From Thermodesulfobacteriota bacterium (GTDB taxonomy: Bacteria; Desulfobacterota; Binatia; Bin18), in contig OZ219924.1 of the NCBI GenBank assembly GCA_964291405.2, forward strand, positions 1 to 38,655: a stretch of 38,655 nt of DNA. The letters are read 5' to 3'. The position numbers and the translations under genes were made by a program. Position 1 is the first letter of the stretch. Each line of letters begins with the position of its first letter. Positions 17,931 to 28,214 of the stretch are shown piece after piece. Under the pieces are notes generated by a model that was given only the letters and a program-made list of their open reading frames with translations, had not been told where the DNA came from and did not search any database.

Positions 17931-19016
17931 TCAAGACTTCTTCTTCGAACCCAAGCGATGACGATGTTTCTGCCACACAGCTTTGACATCAATCCCGTCT
18001 GCAAGCGCTTGCCGTAGTCGGTCTAACGCCTTCTTGCTGTACCCGTTGAATTTGACAGACTTTCTTCTTAGGACTTTGAAACTTTCATCGTCGTCTTGTA
18101 ACTGGAGTTCAAAAATCAACGCACTCGTCTTGGGACCAGTGAGCCTCAATTTCTCAGCCAAGTCATCGCGTCCCATGTTGTATTTATCCCAGATGTTGAC
18201 TTCCTGCTTTATCAGAGTTCCAAAGGCTGGTTCACCATCTTTGGCTACTCGTACAGCCATCTCAGAATCTTTCTTGATGCGTAGGTAGATGGGAATACCT
18301 CCACCTTTGGTATCGAGCTTCAACTGTGCGACTTCAGGAAGGACGACCTTCCAATCTTCTCCTCTGCGACGGCGATAAACCGCCCGGCGAAGCTCCGCCT
18401 CTGTGACACGTTCAACTTCATCTCGGCTTGCCATTGCCAAGGCCATAATTGAACGTAATCGAGCGGTTGCTTGAAGGCCTTTCCGGCTACCGGGTTTTAA
18501 TAGCCCATCTATCTGGCTGAGTTCGCTGTCAAGTAAAACCTGCAGATCTTTTGGCGGCTGCGTTGAAATGGGCAATACACGTTCAGGTATTAGGTCGCTC
18601 AGCCTTTCCTTGAAAGCCTTTTTGAGCAAATCATCAAACAATGTGACCGCAGCTTGGGCTTGTATATACAGAAGGTTTTCCGAAATTTCCTGGTAATAAT
18701 GAATAGCCGTATCACGATAGGCGTCCAGAATAGATAAGGCACGGCGATCATCAGAGGAAATAAGACTGACTTTATTCTGGGCAACCTCCAAACATTTGTC
18801 GAATCCGTAGGAATACCTCTCGTCTTTTGCATGAACAGTTCCGAGTCTGTCTTTGATAACGGCTTTCAAGAGCATCTCGAAGGCATGATGCAAGAGAATC
18901 AATGTACCCTCTGGGCGTCCTCGCTCATGGGGGCGGTTAAACAATTCGATACCCAGCACCAAGGAATTAATAGCGCGTTTTTTGAGTTCTGCGACATCCC
19001 CTTTGGTTCTTGGCAT
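17931..19016 (-). CDS. DUF3644-like HEPN-domain protein (putative RNase)
   Basis: GIELFNRP, LLHHAFEMLLKA, and an Rx4H motif RDTAIH; lower GC by eye; starts 3 nt after the pglXI stop. Confidence 0.75.
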   Translation of the reverse strand: MPRTKGDVAELKKRAINSLVLGIELFNRPHERGRPEGTLILLHHAFEMLLKAVIKDRLGTVHAKDERYSYGFDKCLEVAQNKVSLISSDDRRALSILDAYRDTAIHYYQEISENLLYIQAQAAVTLFDDLLKKAFKERLSDLIPERVLPISTQPPKDLQVLLDSELSQIDGLLKPGSRKGLQATARLRSIMALAMASRDEVERVTEAELRRAVYRRRRGEDWKVVLPEVAQLKLDTKGGGIPIYLRIKKDSEMAVRVAKDGEPAFGTLIKQEVNIWDKYNMGRDDLAEKLRLTGPKTSALIFELQLQDDDESFKVLRRKSVKFNGYSKKALDRLRQALADGIDVKAVWQKHRHRLGSKKKS

Positions 19017-19019
19017 TGA

Positions 19020-21821
19020 TCAATCCTCCCCCGAGCGGGTGAGCGCCTGGTCGTACCACATGAGGAGTTTGGGATCTTCTTGGAGGATTGTTTCGGGAAT
19101 CTTGCGGGCCACGGCAATGATTGTGACGTAGTCGCGTTCCTGCCATGCCTTCTTGAATCCGGCCCGGACGGCTTCAAGGCGGAATACTTTCAAGCGTTTC
19201 TGTTTGGAATTGCGGTATTCCTCAAATTCTCGCATCAGGGCTCGTTCGCGTAGCTTCTCCAGATCACCGGCCTTGTTCGGGTCGGGCACGTACCAGCGGT
19301 CCTTAGCCTTGGCTTTGAGCGATGGGGTGTCCTTGGCCAAGTTGCGGAGTTCCTTGAAGTTCGACGAAAGATAGCTGTGAATCTGGCTGGGCACTTCGCC
19401 CTTGCCGTCGTAGCGCAGGAAGTTCTCTCCAAGCAGTACGGAAAGCTCCAAGGCCTTTTCATGCTTCTGCCAGCCGCCAATCTTTTTCAGGAACTGCGGA
19501 TGGATGTCCTGAAAGGTCTGCGGCTTCTTGGTGAGTTGCTGCTTGAGCCACTGAATTGCCGTCGCCTCGTCAGAGACAAAAAAATCGAATTGGAGTATTT
19601 CCTTGACCGTCATGCGCTTCTTGTCATACTCGGCCGCTTGGTCAGATAGGAAATACATACCATCACGTGGAGGAAACCGCTGTTCCAGACCTGCGTAAAA
19701 CTCGGCAGCGGATAAGGGAACCGTCACACCACGCTGGACATGGAAGGCAACCATACGGTCGAAGAGGAGGAAATCCTGGCGTTCTGCAATTGTCTCAGCC
19801 TGACCATCCTTCGAAATGAATATAGGGAGTTGCTTCAAGTGTGTCCTGACAAAGTCCCAAACGCCCTCTTCAGTGCCTGATTCGAGGCGGAAGCGTTCCT
19901 CAAGACCACCGTTTGGCTTATATGCAGAAATAACAAGGTCCTGCTTGACAGCGGTTGGTGTCATAACCGCCTTGAATGAGTGTTGCTTCTTATCGAGCGA
20001 TGAAACGTTGGCCACAACGAAGCCACTTTGCTCCAGCGCGAACTGAATGGCATTCCATACTGATGCCTTTGTATTCGAGAATTCCACAGTCAACCATCTT
20101 CCTGGCTTTAAGATACGGTAATACTCTGAGAAGCTACGCTCCATAAGTTCACGATAATTATCTATACTCTTTCCCTGGGAAGTGCTCACAATCGCTTCGG
20201 CCTTCTGATTTGTTACCGCTCCTAACAATCCTTCCCAGAAAAAATTCAATTCGGAGTAATCGAAGTTATGGCCAAAGGGAGGATCAGTGAATATGTAGTC
20301 CACCATAGAATCCTGGATTTGCCGAAGATGTCCAGCATCTTGCGTACTTATGACGTGGCCTTTCCTGGGATCGACAGGTGGAGTCAAGCTGTTGGCAATC
20401 GTCGTTGCATTGCGCCGAAAAGCCTTCAAAACATGCAGTGGTGTGATCAGAGAGCTGACGTACAAAGTTCCCGATAGTGGTCCACCTCCTTTTCTATCAG
20501 CACGAAACCGTCTCATCCTTGACGTATAAGGTAAGGAGGCAGTAAGGGAAAAAAGTAGTGTCTGCCTTAGATTGTTATCAGGATAGTTTTGTATTTGGTG
20601 TAGTAGAGTAGCGACAAACAGATGCTCACGCGGGGTGAAGAATTGGTGTAGATGAGTAATGCCAATTAAAACATTGCGTTGGGTTTCTTTTCCGTCGATT
20701 AGGGCGACCGATGGTAGGCCCTGAGAGCTAAGAAGGTTGAATGCAGTATCGATGCGCTCCTTATCTTGGTCATCAGGTAATTTTTCGTATCTTGTCGACC
20801 CTATGCTGTAGTTAATAAGAACGGGTTCAATCCGAAGGTGACGGATGGTCTGTTTGAGGATAGGATCAAAGCTAGTCGTATGTACCGGTTCCCATTTTGA
20901 TTCTTGAACCAAGGCTTTGCAGTGGGGGCACTTCAAATTTGACCCAAAGGAGTCGTTTTGTTCATCTACAGCCACGGTGTAGAGCATGGTTTCAGTGGTG
21001 CATTCAGGACATCTGACAACATCAGAGTAGAGCGTGAATTCAACGGTACCCAGCTGATCACCTCGATGTTGATAATGCTTGTGCTCAACTCCCTTCCTAT
21101 CGCGTACCTTCCAGCCATTGTGGTTGGTCAAGTATAGATGGCCAAGCTTGGCCTCAATATCGGCACATATTTTCTCAACAGCTGCCAGAAAATCCGATCG
21201 ATAAACTGGGCGAAGCAGGTTGCTTGCGATAAACGTGGCGATAGGCGACAGGTCCGAAAGGATTGCCCAGCGTTGTCCCATAGAGGAGCTTGTAGCAGTG
21301 AGCGTCTTGGCTCTGCTGGGGTCTTCACACAAGGCCGCTGCTACTCCGGTCATTCCTGTTCCAGAGAACCCATCAAAAATAACGTCGCTTGGCTCTGTGT
21401 AATGGAGGATGTACCGCATGATGGCCTTGTGTGGGACCTTGGTGTGATAGGAGTGAGAGTTGTAGATCGGATCGTTTTTACCTTCACTCACATCCGTAGC
21501 GAATGGTTCCCGACGATAATCATCGGTAACCGGGTCATATGGCTTCCCATAGCGTTTGATGAAATCCTCAATGAAAGGGTTTGGGCAGGCGGTGTAGTAC
21601 GGCGGATCGGACAGGGCCAAGATGTCTTCATCTTCGCCAATCGGGAACCCCTTGATCTTGCGGAACTCCGGATCCTTGAGCTTTTCGCGCAGCTTCCCTA
21701 GGAAATACTCGCGGCGCTTCTCGTCGTTTTCAAAGGCCATGCCCAGACATTCCACCAGCCCCTGTGGCTTGACGGAGGGGACTTCCGGGAGCAGAGATGA
21801 ACTGTCGTCATGTTCAGCCAT
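19020..21821 (-). CDS. pglXI: BREX-3 DNA methyltransferase PglXI
   Basis: LSDPPYYTACPNPF N-terminus; motif I DGFSGTGMTG; CPEC..CPHC Zn ribbon; motif IV DYIFTDPPF; C-terminal WYVPDPNKAGDLEKLRE. ATG 21821 overlaps the upstream stop. Confidence 0.88.
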   Translation of the reverse strand: MAEHDDSSSLLPEVPSVKPQGLVECLGMAFENDEKRREYFLGKLREKLKDPEFRKIKGFPIGEDEDILALSDPPYYTACPNPFIEDFIKRYGKPYDPVTDDYRREPFATDVSEGKNDPIYNSHSYHTKVPHKAIMRYILHYTEPSDVIFDGFSGTGMTGVAAALCEDPSRAKTLTATSSSMGQRWAILSDLSPIATFIASNLLRPVYRSDFLAAVEKICADIEAKLGHLYLTNHNGWKVRDRKGVEHKHYQHRGDQLGTVEFTLYSDVVRCPECTTETMLYTVAVDEQNDSFGSNLKCPHCKALVQESKWEPVHTTSFDPILKQTIRHLRIEPVLINYSIGSTRYEKLPDDQDKERIDTAFNLLSSQGLPSVALIDGKETQRNVLIGITHLHQFFTPREHLFVATLLHQIQNYPDNNLRQTLLFSLTASLPYTSRMRRFRADRKGGGPLSGTLYVSSLITPLHVLKAFRRNATTIANSLTPPVDPRKGHVISTQDAGHLRQIQDSMVDYIFTDPPFGHNFDYSELNFFWEGLLGAVTNQKAEAIVSTSQGKSIDNYRELMERSFSEYYRILKPGRWLTVEFSNTKASVWNAIQFALEQSGFVVANVSSLDKKQHSFKAVMTPTAVKQDLVISAYKPNGGLEERFRLESGTEEGVWDFVRTHLKQLPIFISKDGQAETIAERQDFLLFDRMVAFHVQRGVTVPLSAAEFYAGLEQRFPPRDGMYFLSDQAAEYDKKRMTVKEILQFDFFVSDEATAIQWLKQQLTKKPQTFQDIHPQFLKKIGGWQKHEKALELSVLLGENFLRYDGKGEVPSQIHSYLSSNFKELRNLAKDTPSLKAKAKDRWYVPDPNKAGDLEKLRERALMREFEEYRNSKQKRLKVFRLEAVRAGFKKAWQERDYVTIIAVARKIPETILQEDPKLLMWYDQALTRSGED

Positions 21822-23664
21822 CTTTGTCCTCACTTCGGTCGTTTTCTCCCGACATGCGCCGTGCCTTTAGTTGGGCTCCTGCTTCTGTAATGACGTATTG
21901 CTGGTTCGACGCCCGGGGTCTCTCCGGGTTGGTCATTGTCACAATCCCTGACTGAATCAGCGGGTCGAGATGGTGTTTTTTGAAATAACCCCGGTTGGTC
22001 ACGCCAAGGGCTTCCAAAATCTCGGCCAGACGACGGGGTACATCGCAGAAGTCGATGATTTTCCTCTGTATTGGAGACAACTCTGTCAAAGAAGGAACTT
22101 GTTCAGTAGACAAGTCATTGGAATGTCTCTCGGCTTGTGCAGTGGACAAGTCCTCACCCTCTACCTCTGGTTTGCCAACGGCTTGGTAAGTTTGACGAAA
22201 CCGATCCTCCAGATGCTCAGCCAGGGCGTATATCCTGCCGGCTTCGATAGTTCTGAAGAGCATTTTTTTGACTAAGGCGTTTGCAAGCTCCATGGCATCT
22301 GGTCCTGCAAAACCTGTTACGGCCTTGATCTGTGAAAGTGTGATGGACTTTTCCCTGCAGCCAAGTGCGAATGTCCTTGCCAGTTCGTCAGTGAGTTGCA
22401 CGCCGAGGCTTGCTTGGAAAAGAATCTGCTGTTCCGATAGAAGCTCTTCCTTTCTCAGGATGAGCTCAAAGCACTTGCGTCCTTTGATGTTGGCGATAGT
22501 AGGTGGAACGTGGCCTAATTGCTGCCAGTTGCGGAAGACATCACGCAGTCCCCATCCAGCATTCTCGCTCAGCCCGATGCGCCGGAAGGCGGTCACGATT
22601 CGGGGATTGCGAACCTCTTTTTCACCGGGTTCGAGTAGGTCAACATCGGTAGCGAAGGCATCGCCGGGATTCCAGAAAACGGTCTGGTCGGCATAGTGGC
22701 GGATACTCGCTTTGTGAGAATGATCGGAGTAATCCTGGTGAATGAGAAGGTTGACCATTGATTCGCGAAAGGCACGGTAGTCGAGTGGCGCGTCGTCACG
22801 CTGCAAGGATGCCGGGTCAATCTGGAACGGTTGATCCGCAAATTTTTGATACCAATCGATAAGGACTTGCCAAGTACGGATGAGGTTTTCTTCCAGAACG
22901 CGGCGGTCGTTCCAGCGCTCACCGGTATCGGCCCTGTCGCGAGCCAGCGAAAATCGCTGACAATCCACTACAGGGCGTGGTAGGAGTTGTCGGAAGGCAG
23001 CATTGGCGCCAAACAAAAGAATCGCTGCACGCGATGGAGATACCTGGCCGTGCCTTTCAACCAGCAAGCCCATCTCTTTGAGGAAATCCGTGTGGGATAG
23101 CGTTGCATAGGATCGGTTCCCTGGTCGTCCTTCGTAAATTGCCCGGTACCACTGAATACTCTTCAAGTTGAGCGCTGCACTTAGATCAAAATCGACTGGC
23201 TGGCCGTCATAACGTTCGCTATCAGCATCCACAAGGAACCGGTTCCGCTCATTCTCCGAGCATCGTATGTCGCATCCACCACTGCGAATGTATGCTCGGC
23301 GGATGTCGCCGTTAAGGAAGACAGGTTTCTCCGAACGACGGACTTCCGGCACGAAGAAGATGAGTAGGTCCGCCCCATCATGTTTTTGCAGCTTTTCACG
23401 GACGTCCACGATGACACTCAGCTTGTTCCGGTCTCGTAGCGTAGCCAGGAAATCACTTTGAACCTTGTCAACGTCAAGAACTCCGACGACCTCGAAGTCT
23501 TGACCGGTTTTCCTAACACCGAACACAAGAAGACCACCGTCAGTGTTTGCAAAAGCAGATACCGTCTCGTAGGCGTTTCGCGGTACATCGCGTTGCGCTT
23601 CCTTGAACTCAACATCACGCCATTCATGCGCGTTGAGAAGGTCTATCAGTTCATCCTGCGTCAT
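21814..23664 (-). CDS. Schlafen/AlbA_2 domain + HATPase_c_4-like domain + C-terminal winged HTH protein
   Basis: EWRDVEFKE..SAFANTDGG (AlbA_2); FRESMVNLLIHQDY, NPG, RNPRI..ENAGWG (GHKL-like); HLDPLIQSGIV..PRASNQQY C-terminal HTH. Confidence 0.85.
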   Translation of the reverse strand: MTQDELIDLLNAHEWRDVEFKEAQRDVPRNAYETVSAFANTDGGLLVFGVRKTGQDFEVVGVLDVDKVQSDFLATLRDRNKLSVIVDVREKLQKHDGADLLIFFVPEVRRSEKPVFLNGDIRRAYIRSGGCDIRCSENERNRFLVDADSERYDGQPVDFDLSAALNLKSIQWYRAIYEGRPGNRSYATLSHTDFLKEMGLLVERHGQVSPSRAAILLFGANAAFRQLLPRPVVDCQRFSLARDRADTGERWNDRRVLEENLIRTWQVLIDWYQKFADQPFQIDPASLQRDDAPLDYRAFRESMVNLLIHQDYSDHSHKASIRHYADQTVFWNPGDAFATDVDLLEPGEKEVRNPRIVTAFRRIGLSENAGWGLRDVFRNWQQLGHVPPTIANIKGRKCFELILRKEELLSEQQILFQASLGVQLTDELARTFALGCREKSITLSQIKAVTGFAGPDAMELANALVKKMLFRTIEAGRIYALAEHLEDRFRQTYQAVGKPEVEGEDLSTAQAERHSNDLSTEQVPSLTELSPIQRKIIDFCDVPRRLAEILEALGVTNRGYFKKHHLDPLIQSGIVTMTNPERPRASNQQYVITEAGAQLKARRMSGENDRSEDKDG

Positions 23665-23668
23665 GGGT

Positions 23669-26600
23669 TCACTCCAACACGATCCTTACTTTGCTGGGCT
23701 CCTTGCCTTGGGTGAGTTTCTCTATGTACGCCTCGAAACGTTTCTTCATTTCCGCTGGCGTTGCCGGTGAACCTCCGGAAAGCAGTGCTGCACGCAGTTC
23801 GGCGGTCTTGACCGGTACCTTCTGGAGATCGGAAAGCACTTCTCTCAGGGCATGGATGAAGTCCTGGTCGAGTTCGTCCGGCAGGGCTCGCTTCTTCATG
23901 AAGCGGTTTATCAGCTTCTTGGGCTCGGTGCTGAGCAGATCTAAGTTGCTCCTTGTAGTCGGGTCTTCTAGGTTGGTCAGTAGCGTTTGAGTCCAGTTGG
24001 ACACCAGTTTCTCCAGTTCGTCGTCCAAACCGTCCAACACCGTTCCGGCAGGAGGCGCGGGCGGTTCTGCGCTAGGCTTGTAGCTACAATGCGGGCAGAT
24101 GGGAGAGACGTCCATCTCCTGCTCTGTCAGTGCGAAACAGCTCTTCAATCCGGCTAGGCGATCTTGAAAGTCGGTCAGATGCTGGCGGGGCATCAACTCG
24201 ATAGTGGATAACCTCTGTAACATCTTGAGCCGATCGTCGTTTATAAGTTTGGTCTTGCGCTTGTCCTCGTTCACGCCCAGCCGCGCCTTGGTGTGCAACC
24301 CTAAGTAGGTCTGTAGATATGCCATCTTGAGGTCAGCCAATTTGCGCTGGGTCTGCTGGCGGAAGGCCGCACCACGCTTGGCCGGATCGCCGAGTTGGCC
24401 AATCACTTCGTTACGCGCCATTTTCATCTCGCCCAGCCAATTGTGCTCCGCATGCAGCACCGCCTCTGCGATGGAAAGAAACGATGCAGTGGGACCAAGA
24501 TCCGCCACCAACTCCTGGAGGGATTCCATCTCAGCCAGAGAATTGAGTCCATTCCCATAGGATGCGACCTCCTGGGCGTTGTACTGGAAGTTCTTGAATT
24601 TGCCGGGCGAGGTATAGGCTTGGAGCGATTCCAGGAAGCCTTTGGTCTCGTCGAACCGGGTACGGAGTTTCTGAGTCTCTTCCTCAGCCAACAGTTTCCG
24701 ATCCCAGAACGGCAGACCGCTTTGCAGGCATTGCTGAGCCATGACCAGCCTTTCGACCGCACGGGTGACGGCTTTCTGAAGCTCTTGGACCGGCTCGTCT
24801 TTACCCTGAGTGACCAACTGAGCCATGCCGGGCGTGAGACTGAGCAGTTCAAAGAGGGCCTTGAGGCCCGGCAGATTCCAGTCCTTGGGCCGTTCAATGT
24901 GCTTAAACTCCGCGAGTTCGTCTACACCAGTCCCTGCCAAGTGCGGCAAGCCGGTAGCGTCGAACTTCTTGCCCGGAATGACAAGAACCAGATCGCCAGA
25001 ATAGACCAGCACGGCTAGGACCACCGCAACCCATTCCGGCTCCAAGCGTTGCCGGTCCTTGTCCATGTATTCCACCCCCTTGTCGTCCTGGATCAATTCG
25101 GAGCGATTGACCACTTGGCCGTGGCCTTTCTTTTTTAGCAGATCGAGGATGTGTTTGGCGTACTTGGACTTGTCAGGAGCAAGGCGTTCGCCGTCGAGCA
25201 GTTCCAGCGCATCGAGTACCGCTCTCGCCTGTCTGGTGCGGTTCTGGCCGGCTATAGCGCGCAGGGCATCTTGCGCGGCTAAGTCCCGATTGGTTCCCAT
25301 GATGAGCACCGAGAAGCAGGGATGATCGGGTGCCTGATCCTGGAAGTGCGCTCCCAGACATATGCCGGAAATTGTGTTCACCAAGTCACGGAAATTGATG
25401 CGCTCGTGGGAGCCGATACCGGAAAGTTCCCTAATGGACTTGCCATTGGCCCATTCGGTGAGCGACTTGGAACGTCCCTGGTAGGTGACCTCGAAAGCGT
25501 CGGTCATGTGCTTTTGCAGCCACTGGACCAAGTCGCGCAGAAAATGTGACGACTTGGACTGATAAGTAGATTTGGCGTGCCCCGATGAGGTGGAAGCCAA
25601 GTCCAAGGCCGCGGCGTAGTTTCCAAGTGCCTTGCGAAATTCGTCGTCCGTGTTGGTGAGCCGCAGGAATAACTCGTCGGAGTTCTTTTCATCCTTGAAG
25701 TGCGGTGCATCAAAGGGCTGGATGAAATAGAGGTAAAAGTCGCGCGGCGGGATGGCGGTGGAACGTTCGTTGGGCGCACCGAAGAAGAGATATCCCTGGC
25801 GTGCGGCCTTCCGCTCCAACCACTCCAACTCATGCTGCCAAATCTTGTAGCCAGTGACGTAGGTCTGGTCCGTACATTCCATGACCTGTTTCAGGGCCTC
25901 ATAGTAGTACCGGTCTAGTTGCGAGGAGTCTAGGCTCTCGGCGCGCTTCTCGATCAGCGCGTCGAAGTCATCGGTCTTCTTCAGGTCGAGATAGAACTGC
26001 AGGTTGTCCGGGTTCGATGAAATGAATTGCCCGCTGACCGTCTTGTGGATTTCCCGAAGCACGGTCTCCACTTGGGAGAGCAGATCGTTGGCCGGATCGC
26101 CGCCTAACTGCTCAATGCCCGGTTGATAGAGGCAGAGTCCATCGCGGAGTTCTCCGGCCGTCGCACCTAAGGTGGCGTAGATGTCGCCGGTGGTAAGACG
26201 ATGTACCGACAGGGCATGGATGAGCCGAAGCGCCATGGGTTTATAGGGTGGGCGCGTGAAGGCCTGCTGGATGCGGGATTCCAGCACTTGGCTGCAGTCG
26301 ATGACCGCCTTGATATCCGGTATGGCACGAAACGAGGGATTCTCGCGAAGATTAGACCAGTAGCTGTCGTAGGCAATGAGCCCGGGCCGGTCTTCCGGCA
26401 TGTCCTGGTCGAGCATCTTCTTCATGGATAGCGAGAGTGTCTTCAACACCTCGCGCTTCTCCACGGCGGTTACCCGCTCAAAAGTGTCTATATAATCAGG
26501 ATGTACCGGAAAGAGGCGAACGAAGTCATCCATGCGCTCGTTCATCTGGCCATAGAATTTGCCGAAGGGCTTAAGGTATTCGCGTATTTTGGCCTGTTGC

Positions 26601-27394
26601 TCGCCTGTTTTCTTGAGCAGCCGTTCAGCTACCACGAACTTGACGTCTTTGCGGGCAATGAGTACTTGCTCGAACCGATCCTTGACGCGGCGGATGCTGT
26701 CGGCCACAAAGGAAAAACGGGGACTATCGAAGATGGCTTCTTGGACGCCAGCCATGAAGCGGAAGCGCAGGTCTTTGCAAACCTCGCCGATTTCACGGAG
26801 GAAGTTCAGGTCTAAGATGAGTTCCTGGTCTTTTCGGGCGCGCAGATAATCAAGTAGTTCGTCCACCACGAGGAGTAGACCGTGGTCCGGAAGCTCCTTG
26901 TGGAACGCAGTCATCATTTCTTCAAAGGATCGTTTGTTGTTGGATACTTGGTCGGCGGAGGGGAAACTATAATTTACGCCCATCGCCGCAAGATGTTCCT
27001 CCATCTCGGCCACAAGGATGTCTCGCAGGGACATGGTAGTGGCTCCGATCTCGGTACGGACTACCTTGAACCTTCCGCTGATTTTTCCGGTAGCGTCCGC
27101 CACGTCGGCGTTGGCGATGCTGGCGGCAAGGTCGGGATTCTCCGCGAGCGCGGAGATCACCGACATGAGGTGGGATTTGCCCGTGCCGTAGTTGCCCACC
27201 ACCAGCAGTCCTTTGTTGTCGGTGGGTCGCTCGAACTGTAACTGGGGAACGACCAGACTCGTCAGTTTTTCCGCCATCTCCTCGGAGATGACGTAGGTCT
27301 CGACAAGCTGCCGGGCCGCGGTGGCTTCATCGGCATCCCGCAACTGGACCACGGACTCAATGGGTTTAAACTGGATCAGGTCACCATATTTCAT
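23669..27394 (-). CDS. brxC: BREX-3 ATPase BrxC/PglY (DUF6079-like)
   Basis: [18 protein letters not shown]-terminus; Walker A GNYGTGKS; Walker [12 protein letters not shown]; FPVHP; C-terminal CPHC; 1241 aa. Confidence 0.9.
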   Translation of the reverse strand: MKYGDLIQFKPIESVVQLRDADEATAARQLVETYVISEEMAEKLTSLVVPQLQFERPTDNKGLLVVGNYGTGKSHLMSVISALAENPDLAASIANADVADATGKISGRFKVVRTEIGATTMSLRDILVAEMEEHLAAMGVNYSFPSADQVSNNKRSFEEMMTAFHKELPDHGLLLVVDELLDYLRARKDQELILDLNFLREIGEVCKDLRFRFMAGVQEAIFDSPRFSFVADSIRRVKDRFEQVLIARKDVKFVVAERLLKKTGEQQAKIREYLKPFGKFYGQMNERMDDFVRLFPVHPDYIDTFERVTAVEKREVLKTLSLSMKKMLDQDMPEDRPGLIAYDSYWSNLRENPSFRAIPDIKAVIDCSQVLESRIQQAFTRPPYKPMALRLIHALSVHRLTTGDIYATLGATAGELRDGLCLYQPGIEQLGGDPANDLLSQVETVLREIHKTVSGQFISSNPDNLQFYLDLKKTDDFDALIEKRAESLDSSQLDRYYYEALKQVMECTDQTYVTGYKIWQHELEWLERKAARQGYLFFGAPNERSTAIPPRDFYLYFIQPFDAPHFKDEKNSDELFLRLTNTDDEFRKALGNYAAALDLASTSSGHAKSTYQSKSSHFLRDLVQWLQKHMTDAFEVTYQGRSKSLTEWANGKSIRELSGIGSHERINFRDLVNTISGICLGAHFQDQAPDHPCFSVLIMGTNRDLAAQDALRAIAGQNRTRQARAVLDALELLDGERLAPDKSKYAKHILDLLKKKGHGQVVNRSELIQDDKGVEYMDKDRQRLEPEWVAVVLAVLVYSGDLVLVIPGKKFDATGLPHLAGTGVDELAEFKHIERPKDWNLPGLKALFELLSLTPGMAQLVTQGKDEPVQELQKAVTRAVERLVMAQQCLQSGLPFWDRKLLAEEETQKLRTRFDETKGFLESLQAYTSPGKFKNFQYNAQEVASYGNGLNSLAEMESLQELVADLGPTASFLSIAEAVLHAEHNWLGEMKMARNEVIGQLGDPAKRGAAFRQQTQRKLADLKMAYLQTYLGLHTKARLGVNEDKRKTKLINDDRLKMLQRLSTIELMPRQHLTDFQDRLAGLKSCFALTEQEMDVSPICPHCSYKPSAEPPAPPAGTVLDGLDDELEKLVSNWTQTLLTNLEDPTTRSNLDLLSTEPKKLINRFMKKRALPDELDQDFIHALREVLSDLQKVPVKTAELRAALLSGGSPATPAEMKKRFEAYIEKLTQGKEPSKVRIVLE

Positions 27395-27428
27395 CGGGTG
27401 TGCTCCCTCACAGTGGAATTTGTTGGTT

Positions 27429-27905
27429 TCATATCGTCAACTCTGGGCTTACCACCAGCAATTCCCGTATCTGATAGCGTCTGTACTCCGGATGGTCCGG
27501 AGTAGCATAGATCAAAGAATTTTCAGCGAGAGTGCCGTTCCATGCGGCCACCACGGTCTTGGTGCGTGAGAGTCCCTGGAGCAGTCGAAGCGGGTCTTGT
27601 CTCAGGCCAATGTCGAATATGACTTCGATGTTGTCAAGCAGGATCATCTCGTCGTCGCCATTGTCGAGAATTTCTTGAAGAAGACGCTGCAGGTTTACGG
27701 CCCTCTGGCGCTCGGTCAATTCCAGCATACGACGTGAAAGCTCGAGGTTGACATTGACCAGAGGCACACCGGTGCGATCCCGTACCTCCTGAAGCGCAGA
27801 GGTTTTGCCTGCGCCTGCAGGTGCAACGACCAACAGTAGTCGGTGATAGAGCTCGGCGGTCTGCTCGACCTTTCGCATGATCTGGTCTACAAGAGATTCC
27901 GCCAT
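27429..27905 (-). CDS. brxF: BREX-3 P-loop protein BrxF
   Basis: [37 protein letters not shown]. Start at ATG 27905, coupled to the HTH gene (TGATG). Confidence 0.88.
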   Translation of the reverse strand: MAESLVDQIMRKVEQTAELYHRLLLVVAPAGAGKTSALQEVRDRTGVPLVNVNLELSRRMLELTERQRAVNLQRLLQEILDNGDDEMILLDNIEVIFDIGLRQDPLRLLQGLSRTKTVVAAWNGTLAENSLIYATPDHPEYRRYQIRELLVVSPELTI

Positions 27906-28120
27906 CACTCTTCTCGTTGTTTTTCTTGAAGTTTCGGTTCTTCCGCCCGCGTCTCGTCCAACCACTGGTTAATGGTTTCTTTTCGAAAACGCCAATGACG
28001 CCCTATCTTTTGGGAAGGAATCTTGCCCTCCCGCACAAGTTTGTAGAGCGTTGACCTCGGGATTTTCAGATAGCTAGACAGATCTTCGATAGTCAAGACA
28101 TCGCCTGGATTGTCATCCAT
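27905..28120 (-). CDS. Excisionase-like HTH_17 DNA-binding protein, first gene of the BREX operon
   Basis: VLTIEDLSSYLKIPRSTLYKLVREGKIPSQKIGRHWRF; SD GGGGAG. Confidence 0.88.
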   Translation of the reverse strand: MDDNPGDVLTIEDLSSYLKIPRSTLYKLVREGKIPSQKIGRHWRFRKETINQWLDETRAEEPKLQEKQREE

Positions 28121-28177
28121 CAGACACTCCCCACCAACCACAAAATTATTTTTTAAGATAACTCGTAATTGCCACTT

Positions 28178-28214
28178 AAACTATAGATAATGTCAGTTAT
28201 TGTCAATTATTGTC
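28178..28214 (-). promoter_or_regulatory. BREX operon promoter overlapped by three 10-bp direct repeats
   Basis: Minus strand TTGACA (28206-28201)-N17-TAGTTT. Plus-strand repeats AGATAATGTC / AGTTATTGTC / AATTATTGTC at 28185-28214. Confidence 0.6.

Noticed and set aside
21814-23664. AlbA_2 gene as a RecG-like helicase replacing BrxHII
   Set aside because: It has no Walker A or DExH motifs; the RecG label often given to this family is not supported by the sequence.
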